The notes beneath the pieces are model-generated. The model saw only the letters and a program-made list of their open reading frames with translations, was not told the DNA's origin and searched no databases. Below are positions 29,168 through 37,810 of a DNA stretch of 64,000 bases, piece by piece (position 1 is the first letter of the stretch; every line of letters starts with the position of its first letter). Source of the stretch: an uncultured Acholeplasmataceae bacterium (GTDB lineage Bacteria; Bacillota_I; Bacilli_A; Acholeplasmatales; Acholeplasmataceae); NCBI GenBank assembly GCA_963539835.1, contig CAUTMM010000003.1, positions 78,728 through 142,727 of the forward strand, read 5' to 3'. A program made the position numbers and the translations under genes.

Positions 29168-30109
29168 ATGCAAAGAAAAATTTATCTTGCCGGTGGTTGT
29201 TTTTGGGGAATACAAGCGTATTTTTCTAAACTAAAAGGACTAATTTCCGAAGTTGGTTATGCAAATGGTAATACTAAAGAAACCAACTACCAAAAAGTTG
29301 CTACCACCAATCACGCTGAAGTTATTAAAATAATTTACGATGACCTTTCAATTAGAACTGCCGAAATTATTGACAGATTTATGCAAATCATTGACCCTTT
29401 TTCTTTAAATCGGCAAGCCAACGATGTTGGCAGTCAGTATAGAACTGGAATATTTTTTGAAAAAGGTGATTTCTTTACTAAGAAAATCGCTGAACTTTTT
29501 AAAGGTTATATTGAAAAAATTTACGGAAAAAAATCGTGTGTTGTGATTGAAGAAATTAAAAATTATGTCAAAGCAGAAGAGTATCATCAAGACTACTTAA
29601 AGAAAAATCCAACTGGATACTGCCATATCAACCCAAACGTTGTTTTCAATTCGCTTAGCAATTTTAAAAGGTTAGGAATTAAAGAAATTGAGAAACTAAA
29701 CTTGGATAAACAAAGTTTAGGTATTATGTTAAACAAAGAAACTGAACTGCCACATTCAAGTGAGTTTAATTTAAACAACAAAAAAGGTATTTACATCGAC
29801 AAAATTTCAAAAGAGCCACTTTTCTTAAGTGAAGATAAATACGACGCTGGTTGTGGTTGGCCTAGTTTCACCAGACCAATTTTCCAAACTGCTCTTAGCT
29901 ATTTTAAAGATAACACACTAGCAGAAGAACGAATTGAAGTTACTTCAAAAATTCAAGACTCACACCTTGGTCACGTCTTTCCAGCACTAGCCGTAAAAAC
30001 AGAAACAGGTCTTAGATACTGCATCAACGGTTTTGCACTTGAGTTTATCGAGTTTGATAAATTAAAAGATACAGTATACGAAAAATACCAGTTTTATTTT
30101 ACAAAATAG
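29168..30109 (+). CDS. msrAB: Bifunctional peptide methionine sulfoxide reductase MsrA/MsrB
   Basis: 313 aa. The MsrA part has GGCFWG. The MsrB part has CGWPSF and RYCING. Confidence 0.95.
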   Translation: MQRKIYLAGGCFWGIQAYFSKLKGLISEVGYANGNTKETNYQKVATTNHAEVIKIIYDDLSIRTAEIIDRFMQIIDPFSLNRQANDVGSQYRTGIFFEKGDFFTKKIAELFKGYIEKIYGKKSCVVIEEIKNYVKAEEYHQDYLKKNPTGYCHINPNVVFNSLSNFKRLGIKEIEKLNLDKQSLGIMLNKETELPHSSEFNLNNKKGIYIDKISKEPLFLSEDKYDAGCGWPSFTRPIFQTALSYFKDNTLAEERIEVTSKIQDSHLGHVFPALAVKTETGLRYCINGFALEFIEFDKLKDTVYEKYQFYFTK

Positions 30110-30175
30110 CAGGGTAAGTCTTTAAGTGAAACTAACTTCTTTATTTTGGCAGACTAGGTAATTTTAATCTAGTTT

Positions 30176-30184
30176 TGTTATAAT
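30176..30184 (+). promoter_or_regulatory. Extended -10 element TGTTATAAT
   Basis: Located 27 nt upstream of the ATG at 30211. SD AAGAGGT lies in between. Confidence 0.5.
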
Positions 30185-30210
30185 TATTTTGCTTACAAAA
30201 AGAGGTCGCC

Positions 30211-30756
30211 ATGATAATTTTAATCGGAAAAAGTGCATCTGGAAAAACTGAAATTGCAAAAGAACTTATTAAATCACACAGTTTTAAAAAGGTTATTACG
30301 ACTACTACACGTAAGCAAAGAATTGGTGAAGAAGACAAAATTGACTACTATTTTATCTCAGAAAACGACTTTAAAGCCAAAATTCAGTCAAATCAATTTA
30401 TAGAATGCTCAAAATACGCAAACAATTACTACGGAATTACCAAGGATGCAATAATTTCAGACGGTGTCGTTATTTTAGACCCATCTGGTGTGAACGCCTT
30501 ACTTGATTTTTTAGATTTCAACGCATTTGTTTGTTTTGTTGAAACGCCTAAGTTTGTGCGCAAGCGTAGAATGAAAAAAAGAGGAGATGACAGCAAGTCA
30601 ATTCAAAGCCGTATTCAAAGCGATGACCTGATTTTCAATAAACTGTTTTTAAATCAGGTTAATTTAAGTTTAAAAAATTGCGGACTATTTTCAATTAAAA
30701 GTCTGACCAATAAACTAATTAAAAAATATAAAAATTGGCAAAGCAAAATTAAATAA
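30211..30756 (+). CDS. Guanylate kinase-family protein
   Basis: 181 aa. P-loop GKSASGKT and TTTTRKQRIGEEDKIDYYFIS...NNYYGI. Whether it is the housekeeping gmk cannot be decided from this window. Confidence 0.75.
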   Translation: MIILIGKSASGKTEIAKELIKSHSFKKVITTTTRKQRIGEEDKIDYYFISENDFKAKIQSNQFIECSKYANNYYGITKDAIISDGVVILDPSGVNALLDFLDFNAFVCFVETPKFVRKRRMKKRGDDSKSIQSRIQSDDLIFNKLFLNQVNLSLKNCGLFSIKSLTNKLIKKYKNWQSKIK

Positions 30757-30758
30757 AC

Positions 30759-30796
30759 AAAAAAAATGACCGTCAAATTATGATGGTCATTTTTCT
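30759..30796. terminator. Bidirectional rho-independent terminator
   Basis: A-run, then ATGACCGTC-loop-GATGGTCAT (9 bp including one G.U), then TTTTT. It sits between convergent genes. Confidence 0.6.
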
Positions 30797-30805
30797 AAAC
30801 AAGCC

Positions 30806-31280
30806 TTAGTGTTTTACTAACACTAAGCCCAACACTGCATTTACAAAATAGACGCCTGGCTGTCCGTCTTTAGTTATATAGTATGCTTTTGGCAAAAAAA
30901 TTTGGCTTACTTTTTGTGCCATTCCATCATATCCCTTCATTGTTGTTTTCATAAAGCAACATCTAGTCAGTTCTTGATTTATCGTATGGATTGAAATTAA
31001 ATTTAGATTGCGGTAAAGCGGAAGTTCACCGCGTTGCTTGCCAAAAACTGCATTTGCACAATCAGTTGCTGTTTTAATTAGTTTATTTTGACTAGCAGAA
31101 TTTTCAGCAATTACTTTTTCAGGTAAATCTTTAAATTGCATAACTACTTTGAACTCATAATTTTAAACCTTTGGTTGCGCTGGTTTACAAGATGTTAAAT
31201 GAAATATCAAAATAGAAGTTAAAGCAACAAAAATAGTAATTGCAGTTGTTAAAACAGTATTTAAGCTGTTTATATTTTCA
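30806..31280 (-). pseudogene. Decayed fourth member of the surface-protein family (N-terminal anchor remnant plus C-terminal 111-codon fragment)
   Basis: The 111-codon ORF (30806-31141; TTG only, no SD) aligns with the last ~110 aa of the 616-aa paralog. NKLIKTATDCANAVFGKQRGELPLYRNLNL matches FKLIKNPTDFALAVLGKETGPNLVYRGVNF, and the end VLGLVLVKH matches VYGLVAAKR. At 31162-31280 a different frame reads ...NTVLTTAITIFVALTSILIFHLTSCKPAQPKV*. That is a TM or lipobox-like leader whose ATG (31280) is one frame off, next to an A4 run. Stops occur in all three frames at the junction. Confidence 0.55.
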
Positions 31281-31331
31281 TATTATTTATTCTTGTTAGG
31301 CGATAATAAAGTATTTATTAAAATAGATTTT

Positions 31332-33143
31332 CTATCTTTTTGCAGCAACTAAACCATAAACTTTAGCCACGTCTGTAAAGCCATAGTCTCCAGTTTCTTC
31401 AATGTATCTGACTAAATTAAGATTAGTACTTTCCTGGGTTGCAGTCCACCAATATTGATTTGAGTCTATAAAAAACTGCGGCATCCAGTTTTCATGGTTA
31501 TAGTTTAGCGGTCTAAATTGAGAGAAATTAACACCTCTGTAAACTAAATTTGGTCCAGTTTCTTTGCCAAGTACAGCCAATGCAAAATCGGTTGGGTTTT
31601 TGATTAGTTTAAAACGATTTGCCGGACTATCTGCAGTTTTTTCAACACCGAACTCACCATCGTCTAACGTAACTGCAAACAGTTCTGCTTTCATGATTTC
31701 AGAAATCTCTTGAAGTAAACTTTTGAAGATAGAGTTTACAAATGTCGCAACCTCAGGTTTGTTGTCTTGATGAATACTAAACGGAGTAAAGTCCAAAATC
31801 TTTTTTGTAAAATATGTTCTTTTATCTGGAATTGGGTCAAACTCAACTTCTTCGAATTTAAAGTATTCTCCATTTAATTTCTCATATGCTTCGCCAGAAT
31901 CGGTGTAAACCACAGTTCTAGTAAACTGTGCGGTTAACACTCTACCAACTGAATTGAAAGTTGCAGGAGTTTGGAAAACAATTTCTTTTTGAATGTCACT
32001 TTGATTAAGTTGAACTTTAGTTTGTGGATATAAGTTTGCCCCGTCTACTATTATGTGTTTGTAGTAAACTGTAATTTTTAGGTTTTTGTCAACCTTTGTT
32101 TTAAAAAGTTCTGCTTTAGTAATTGGAGTTCCGTTTAACTCAATTTTAGAAACTTGAAAGTTTTTGTCTTCTTGTAAATCTATGTTTTTTATTTCTTCGT
32201 TGTGTCTGCGAGTTTGTGGACTAATTTTTTTAGTTGCGGCTTTTATATCAAATTCTAAATTATAAACTTTTCTTTTAACATCTATTGTTACGATGTTTTG
32301 TGCAGGATCTTGAGCCACGACTAAACTTTGTCTGCTAACTTTTGGTGTTTGATAAACGTTTTCATCTGGATTTTTAAAATTAACTTGATGAGTAGAGCCA
32401 ATTTTTGTGTTTACTTCATGTGTGTTGGTAATTATTTGGCCGTTTTCGTCTTCTGTATTAACAATATATTTAACCTTAGTGATAGACGATACAAAAATAG
32501 GTTTGGCTTTTGTATTTTTATTTAATGGTACACTAAAATCTACTTTGTTACCGTCTTCATCAATATAGTGAGAAACCACTTGTTCCACACCTGCTACAAC
32601 TTTTTTAACATTAAAAAGAAGTTCTTTTACAGTTTTACTTAAAGTGTGTGAATACTTAAGTTCATATATTTTAGCAAGGTCTGTATGAATTGTGTCTGGT
32701 TTGATTTCAGGATCTGCGAAATCAAAAGTAACAGTATATTTTTTTAACTCAAAATAAAACACTAATTCCTGACTTGATTTTGTTGTGTCTACTGTCAATT
32801 GTGTTTTAGAAAGTGCTGGGCTGAAATCTGCATTGTGATTTGAAAAATCTTGTTCTGCTTTCAGTACAGTCCAGACTTTTTTAACTTTATCTTGCTTTAA
32901 ACTTACGGTTTTGCCATGTTCATATGCACCAATTTTTTGGTAAACTGTTTTTTCGGAGCCTTGATTGCTTAATTTTTCAAAAACTAATTTAACTCCAACG
33001 ATGGTTTTGTTTTTATCATTGCCTGTTGTTTGGCTACTAGATTTATGAGTTGCTAGCACTGTTGTTAAAGTAATAATAAAAATTAACAAAAAAACGGTTG
33101 CGGCAATTATAGAATAAATTGTGATTTTTTTTCTTTTTGACAT
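31332..33143 (-). CDS. N-terminally anchored surface protein, paralog A (603 aa from the SD-supported start), with a DUF6273-like C-terminal domain
   Basis: GGAG SD before the ATG at 33143 (MSKRKKITIYSIIAATVFLLIFIITLTTVLA). Beta-rich modules are shared with the 762-aa and giant proteins. The C-terminal domain has YPQTKV...NGEYFKFEEVEF...PTDFALAVLG...YWWTATQ...VYGLVAAKR. Confidence 0.8.
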   Translation of the reverse strand: MSKRKKITIYSIIAATVFLLIFIITLTTVLATHKSSSQTTGNDKNKTIVGVKLVFEKLSNQGSEKTVYQKIGAYEHGKTVSLKQDKVKKVWTVLKAEQDFSNHNADFSPALSKTQLTVDTTKSSQELVFYFELKKYTVTFDFADPEIKPDTIHTDLAKIYELKYSHTLSKTVKELLFNVKKVVAGVEQVVSHYIDEDGNKVDFSVPLNKNTKAKPIFVSSITKVKYIVNTEDENGQIITNTHEVNTKIGSTHQVNFKNPDENVYQTPKVSRQSLVVAQDPAQNIVTIDVKRKVYNLEFDIKAATKKISPQTRRHNEEIKNIDLQEDKNFQVSKIELNGTPITKAELFKTKVDKNLKITVYYKHIIVDGANLYPQTKVQLNQSDIQKEIVFQTPATFNSVGRVLTAQFTRTVVYTDSGEAYEKLNGEYFKFEEVEFDPIPDKRTYFTKKILDFTPFSIHQDNKPEVATFVNSIFKSLLQEISEIMKAELFAVTLDDGEFGVEKTADSPANRFKLIKNPTDFALAVLGKETGPNLVYRGVNFSQFRPLNYNHENWMPQFFIDSNQYWWTATQESTNLNLVRYIEETGDYGFTDVAKVYGLVAAKR

Positions 33144-33191
33144 ATTTCTCCTTAATTTAAAGCGCTTTATTACGATATGCACAAATATTTT

Positions 33192-33220
33192 ACTATAAAC
33201 CTATTTTAATGAGTAATTAA
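33192..33220 (-). promoter_or_regulatory. Weak candidate promoter for paralog A
   Basis: The minus strand reads TTAATT, a 17-nt spacer, then TATAGT. It lies downstream of the paralog B terminator. Confidence 0.3.
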
Positions 33221-33261
33221 TAATTAGATTAAAATTACCGATGCTAACAAATTAGCCTTGA

Positions 33262-33297
33262 TTTCAAAAGAAAACCCCTTTCTAATATAGAAAGGGG
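33262..33297 (-). terminator. Rho-independent terminator of the membrane/CPBP/paralog B operon
   Basis: Minus-strand RNA reads CCCCUUUCU-AUAUU-AGAAAGGGG followed by UUUUCUUUU, 8 nt after the stop of the 762-aa gene. Confidence 0.7.
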
Positions 33298-33304
33298 CAA
33301 ATAT

Positions 33305-35593
33305 TTATTTTTTACCTACAACAACACCAAAAACATTATAAACTGGGAAATAAGACCAATCCATTTTGTTGTTAATATCTTTTCTATAGACAATATATGA
33401 TTTAGGATCGATGTCTCCATGCTGAGTTGCAAGCCACCAAGAACCAAGATTATCAGGTGCATAATACGGCATCCATCTATCGCTGTCGTAGTCTGAAGGT
33501 TTAAAACCGCTAATGTCGTTTGCACGCAAAGAAGCGTATCTAAAGACTTTAGGTTGCTTAATTTCCGACATTAAAATTTCGGTGGCATAGTCGGTAGATT
33601 CTTTTCTAAGTTTTTCAGGTTCATTTCTAGCAATGTCGTTTACTCCAAACATTTTATCGGATTTGTCAAAAGTCAAAGGGTACAAGTTAGTTGTTCCAAA
33701 AATTTTTGAAATGTTTTGAAATAGACCATTCAAGATTGAGTTTTCGTATTTAGAGTTTTCCTTAACATCTTTTTTATATATATTAAAAGGCGTGTAGTCA
33801 ATAATTTTTTTAGAATAAAACCCAGTGGCACCAGGAATTTGGACAAACTCAACTTCTTCTAACTTAAAGTATTTGCCGTTGAATTTTTCGTATTTATCTG
33901 CACTATTTTTTCTGTAGACATATGTTCGAGTAAAATCAAATTTATGAGTTTTGCTGTCTGATTTAAACTCAAAACTTTGTTGTTTTGTTTCTTCTCTCAA
34001 AATATCTGCTTGCGTTAAGTCTACTTTAGTTTGTGGATATAAATATTTTGGAACAGAAACAACAATTTCAATTCTAACTGGTTTGTAGACTATGTAGTTT
34101 TCAACTTCCACTTTGGTTTTTTCTACATTGCCGATATAAAATTTAAGAATTTTGTCTTTGTATAAACTGTTTGTATCTATTGCGCCAACTTTTGCACCAT
34201 AATACACACCTCTTGCAGGTGGTGCAACTAAAGAGTTTATAACAGTAAAAGAAACTGTAAAGTAGCGACGTTTTAAAGTAATGGTTACTGTGTTTTCAGT
34301 GTTGTCTGCAGATACTTTAAAGGTAGTTCTTGTAAACTCAGGGTCAAAATAAATTACTTTGTTGTAGGCAAAAGAAACGGTGTGAGTTTCACCTATTTTT
34401 TGCTCTTGTGTTTGATAAGAGACTTTGTAGTGTCCATGCTCATTTTGACTTTTAATAATGTAGGTGATTTTACGAGTTTGAATTTCAACTTGAGCATACA
34501 AGTTAAGTTCGTTTACTCCTGCTATGTGTTTTGCTTGAACAGGTCCTGAAACAGAATCTGCCCAACCAATAAAGGTATAGTCGGTTTTTGGCTTAACTGA
34601 CGGATATTCAACTGCTCTGGTCAGTTTAACTAACTTGGTTTTAGGACCAGTAATATCAATGCTGTCATTTCCAATAAAATTTACTTTAGTAGTTTTTAAT
34701 CTATAGTACTGTTTTAAAACAACTGGAGTTCCGGTTTTATTTAGTTTTGCTGACAATAAGTTGCCACTGTGTGCTGTGTCTTTTTCGTATTTAGTTTTGT
34801 CCAAAGCAGTGTATTCTGTGTATTGAACTGTTTTTAAAGCAGTGTCTTTTTTTACTTCTTTAATTTCTTCATATGTGTTGTCAAGAGCACTACTTTCACC
34901 TTGTTTTTCAAGTAGGTGCATTACTGTATATTCTACTTCTAAGGCGGTTTTAGTAAATACTGGTTTGATTTTTAAGTCTGTGTTGTATGCTTTTTCAAAG
35001 TCTAAGGTTTCGCCGTTTTCAAGTAAAAAATGAGAAAGTGTGAACTTATGGGTTTCGTTGTCTTGCATTTTAACTGCAAGCAATGCTGTTTTAATTTCTG
35101 CGGGTATTTTGCTTGTGTACTTTAAGTTAAGTGGTTGTTTTAAGATATCTGAAACTGTAGATTGGTCAATTCCGCTTTCTGTAAAATCAAAAGTTATGCG
35201 GTAAGTTTTGGCTTTAAAGTAAAGTAAAAAATATTGCTTTTCGGCGCTAGAGTGAACTTTTAAAGTTTGCGTTGACTTTACAGAATCTGGTTTATTTTCG
35301 TGATTTTCAGAAACTAAGTCTTTTAATTTAGCGGTAATTTCAGGGTGCGTAATTTCAAGTTCAGTGCCTACTTTAAAATCACCAAGTTTGATTTCTTTTT
35401 CAAAGTCAGGTGCACTGTCTAGAGTTTCGTAAACTGTCTTTAGGTAAACTGTACTTTTGGTTTGAACTTCTGGATTGATTTTATCTTTTATTTTACTTTT
35501 AAAATGTAGTGTAAAAGCAACAGAAAGCGCAAAGATAAAGGCAAGTAATAACGCAAGCAAACCAATTAAAATATATTTCTTTTTAATTTTCAT
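33305..35593 (-). CDS. N-terminally anchored surface protein, paralog B (762 aa), with a Listeria-Bacteroides-repeat-like module and a DUF6273-like C-terminal domain
   Basis: Signal/anchor MKIKKKYILIGLLALLLAFIFALSVAF. YTFIGW repeat motif. Colinear with giant-protein residues ~1466-1640 and ~1889-2453. The C-terminal domain has YPQTKV...NGKYFKLEEVEF...STDYATEIL...SWWLATQ...VFGVVVGKK. Confidence 0.85.
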   Translation of the reverse strand: MKIKKKYILIGLLALLLAFIFALSVAFTLHFKSKIKDKINPEVQTKSTVYLKTVYETLDSAPDFEKEIKLGDFKVGTELEITHPEITAKLKDLVSENHENKPDSVKSTQTLKVHSSAEKQYFLLYFKAKTYRITFDFTESGIDQSTVSDILKQPLNLKYTSKIPAEIKTALLAVKMQDNETHKFTLSHFLLENGETLDFEKAYNTDLKIKPVFTKTALEVEYTVMHLLEKQGESSALDNTYEEIKEVKKDTALKTVQYTEYTALDKTKYEKDTAHSGNLLSAKLNKTGTPVVLKQYYRLKTTKVNFIGNDSIDITGPKTKLVKLTRAVEYPSVKPKTDYTFIGWADSVSGPVQAKHIAGVNELNLYAQVEIQTRKITYIIKSQNEHGHYKVSYQTQEQKIGETHTVSFAYNKVIYFDPEFTRTTFKVSADNTENTVTITLKRRYFTVSFTVINSLVAPPARGVYYGAKVGAIDTNSLYKDKILKFYIGNVEKTKVEVENYIVYKPVRIEIVVSVPKYLYPQTKVDLTQADILREETKQQSFEFKSDSKTHKFDFTRTYVYRKNSADKYEKFNGKYFKLEEVEFVQIPGATGFYSKKIIDYTPFNIYKKDVKENSKYENSILNGLFQNISKIFGTTNLYPLTFDKSDKMFGVNDIARNEPEKLRKESTDYATEILMSEIKQPKVFRYASLRANDISGFKPSDYDSDRWMPYYAPDNLGSWWLATQHGDIDPKSYIVYRKDINNKMDWSYFPVYNVFGVVVGKK

Positions 35594-35604
35594 ATATCTC
35601 CTAA

Positions 35605-36150
35605 TTAAATTAAGTTATAGTGGCTCAAAACATATAAAAAGTCGTTAAAACTTTTTGAGTTTCTAATTACATCAATGTTTTTGTTTAGTTTAAATGTTTC
35701 TGTACTGTTTTGAGTTTTTAAAGTTAAGGTATTTCCTTCAAAAAAAACTTCACTAAAGTCGCTAGGTGAAATTAAATAAACAATGTTAAAGTCAGTAGAG
35801 TTTACCAACTTAAACTTAAGGTCTTTGGTGACTGCAAAAATGTAAGTTCCTGCAGTAACAGTTGAGTTTTTCACAACAAATGGGCTCTGAATTTCTACGT
35901 CAAAAACTTCACGTTCATGTTCTAAATAAATTTGGGTTTTATTGTTGTTTTTTTGCTCAATTGTATTAAAAGTTAAAGTTAAAATAATAGAAATTACAAA
36001 CAAAGCACCTGAAAGCGAAAGTAAAATAATATAGACTAACTTAACGCGAAAGTCTGCAATTAAAAAGAAAAAACCAACTAAAAATAAAATAAAGGCAACA
36101 ACAGTTAATACAAAATTAACAATTCTTTTGATCTGCATTATCTTAAGCAA
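35605..36150 (-). CDS. Small membrane protein (2 N-terminal TM helices plus a ~110-aa beta-rich domain)
   Basis: 181 aa. Overlaps the upstream gene by 8 nt. The topology resembles bacterial PH-domain (YdbS/YdbT-like) membrane proteins, but that is only a resemblance. Confidence 0.6.
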   Translation of the reverse strand: MLKIMQIKRIVNFVLTVVAFILFLVGFFFLIADFRVKLVYIILLSLSGALFVISIILTLTFNTIEQKNNNKTQIYLEHEREVFDVEIQSPFVVKNSTVTAGTYIFAVTKDLKFKLVNSTDFNIVYLISPSDFSEVFFEGNTLTLKTQNSTETFKLNKNIDVIRNSKSFNDFLYVLSHYNLI

Positions 36151-37810
36151 GGAACAGTGTTATGACTGCTATTGTATTGTGTAAAATATGCAGCACTGAA
36201 GTTACAACCACGTTTCTTTTTGAGTAAACATAGACTAAAGAAAATGCCAGGCCACCTACTAAATATGCAAAGATATTGTAAGCAAACAAAGTAAACGAAG
36301 ACTCATTGACTACGTGGATTGCACCAAACACCAAGGTAGAAATTAAAACCCCTGGCCAGTTGGTTTTAAATAGAGAAAAAATTGCTTTTCTGAAAACTAG
36401 TTCCTCAATAATTGGACCAAATATACAAACTGTGAATATCAAGAACCATTTAAACTCGCCTCGCATCGCCGTTTCTATGGTTTGCTGGTTAAGCGATTCT
36501 CTAGAAAGTGCGTATCCGTAAACACCATCAATACTTGCGCGCATAGATTGCACGACAAATCCACCAACTATTGAAACTCCGAAAGAGATACCAAGGCCAA
36601 ATAGTAAAACTAGCCAATTTTTATTTAAAGCCAGTGTGTCTTTCTTAATAAATACAAAGTTTAACCCAAAAATTAAAGCAAAGCCAACTGCCATGCCGAT
36701 AAAGTTAAATAAAGCAAACGCATTGACTTGAGAAGTTATATTTTCGGCAAAGTATACATCGTGTTTAAGCAGGGCTGTAGTTTCTAATTCAGACTCTGTT
36801 TTTTGTACAAAAAATGGTAGTTTTTGAATGTTTTGATCAACATACACGCGCTCATAGACATCTCTTCTGTCAGAACCCGCAAGCGGCACATTTGCCAGCA
36901 CCCTTGAGTAAAGTACAGGATATAGGTCCTTTTTAATTTTTGAAGTCAAACCAATTAGTCTGCTGGTTTTACTAATGTAAATATCTGGAAACTCAGCACT
37001 TGGTGCTTCTACTTTTTGATATCCTTCAATTTGACTGTTTTTTTGATACTTGCGCACAACTACTGTGTATTTATCTAATTTAACATCTTTGATGTTAGAA
37101 AAAGTGCTAATAATTTTTCGGTCTTGAGAATCTGCGTAAATTAGTTGTGGCAAGGTTATGCCAAAGCCTGCAGTTTCAGCAATATCAAAGAAAACTAAGC
37201 GGTTTAAGATTTTGTTTTCTTTTTTGGCTTGTTCAAAATTATTTAAAGCAGCATGTTGCTCAGGAGTTAGTGATTTAGTATTGTCTGACTTGATTTTAAG
37301 AATTTGGCTAATCTTTGCTTTTTCGGCCAGAGTTTGAATGTATAAGTTTTGAAGATCAACTAGGTTTGCGTAAACTACACTACTTTCTTTGCTTTGAAAA
37401 GTTGAGTATTCGCCAAAAGTTTTGGCAATCAAGTTGTGCTTCTTTTCAAGTTCTTTAACCTTATTAACATCGCTAATTTTATAAATTCCAATATTGGTTT
37501 TGTGTTGTTTAATTTGTCTAAAAAAACTCTCTTCTTTAGTGGTTACCTTAGAAAGGATGTTGTTTTTGCCTTTATTGGCTTTTTGAAACAACGACATCAT
37601 TGCACCAGTTAAAATAAACATCAAAAAGTAAAGTAAGAAAGTTAAAACAGCCCAAAGCACAGTTTTTTTAGTGACTTCGAAGCGTTGAGGTGCTTTGGTT
37701 TTTTTAACTGGTTCAAACTGTTTTTCGTAGTCTGGTCCAAATTGCTTTATAGGTTCTGCATCTGTTTTAGTCTCTTTTAATTCGTCTGGTTTTTTTTCAA
37801 TGATTTCCAT
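36143..37810 (-). CDS. CPBP-family (Abi/CAAX-type) intramembrane glutamic endopeptidase with a large N-terminal extracytoplasmic domain
   Basis: 555 aa. One N-terminal TM, then a ~300-aa domain of unrecognised family, then a polytopic C-terminal region. That region carries the three CPBP motifs IIEELVFR (EExxxR), FGAIH (FxxxH) and HILHN (HxxxN). Confidence 0.8.
   Translation of the reverse strand: MEIIEKKPDELKETKTDAEPIKQFGPDYEKQFEPVKKTKAPQRFEVTKKTVLWAVLTFLLYFLMFILTGAMMSLFQKANKGKNNILSKVTTKEESFFRQIKQHKTNIGIYKISDVNKVKELEKKHNLIAKTFGEYSTFQSKESSVVYANLVDLQNLYIQTLAEKAKISQILKIKSDNTKSLTPEQHAALNNFEQAKKENKILNRLVFFDIAETAGFGITLPQLIYADSQDRKIISTFSNIKDVKLDKYTVVVRKYQKNSQIEGYQKVEAPSAEFPDIYISKTSRLIGLTSKIKKDLYPVLYSRVLANVPLAGSDRRDVYERVYVDQNIQKLPFFVQKTESELETTALLKHDVYFAENITSQVNAFALFNFIGMAVGFALIFGLNFVFIKKDTLALNKNWLVLLFGLGISFGVSIVGGFVVQSMRASIDGVYGYALSRESLNQQTIETAMRGEFKWFLIFTVCIFGPIIEELVFRKAIFSLFKTNWPGVLISTLVFGAIHVVNESSFTLFAYNIFAYLVGGLAFSLVYVYSKRNVVVTSVLHILHNTIAVITLFLA

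Noticed and set aside
29168-30109. The MsrA-MsrB fusion as a novelty
   Set aside because: Fused MsrAB proteins are well known in several Firmicutes and other bacteria, so this is an ordinary feature.
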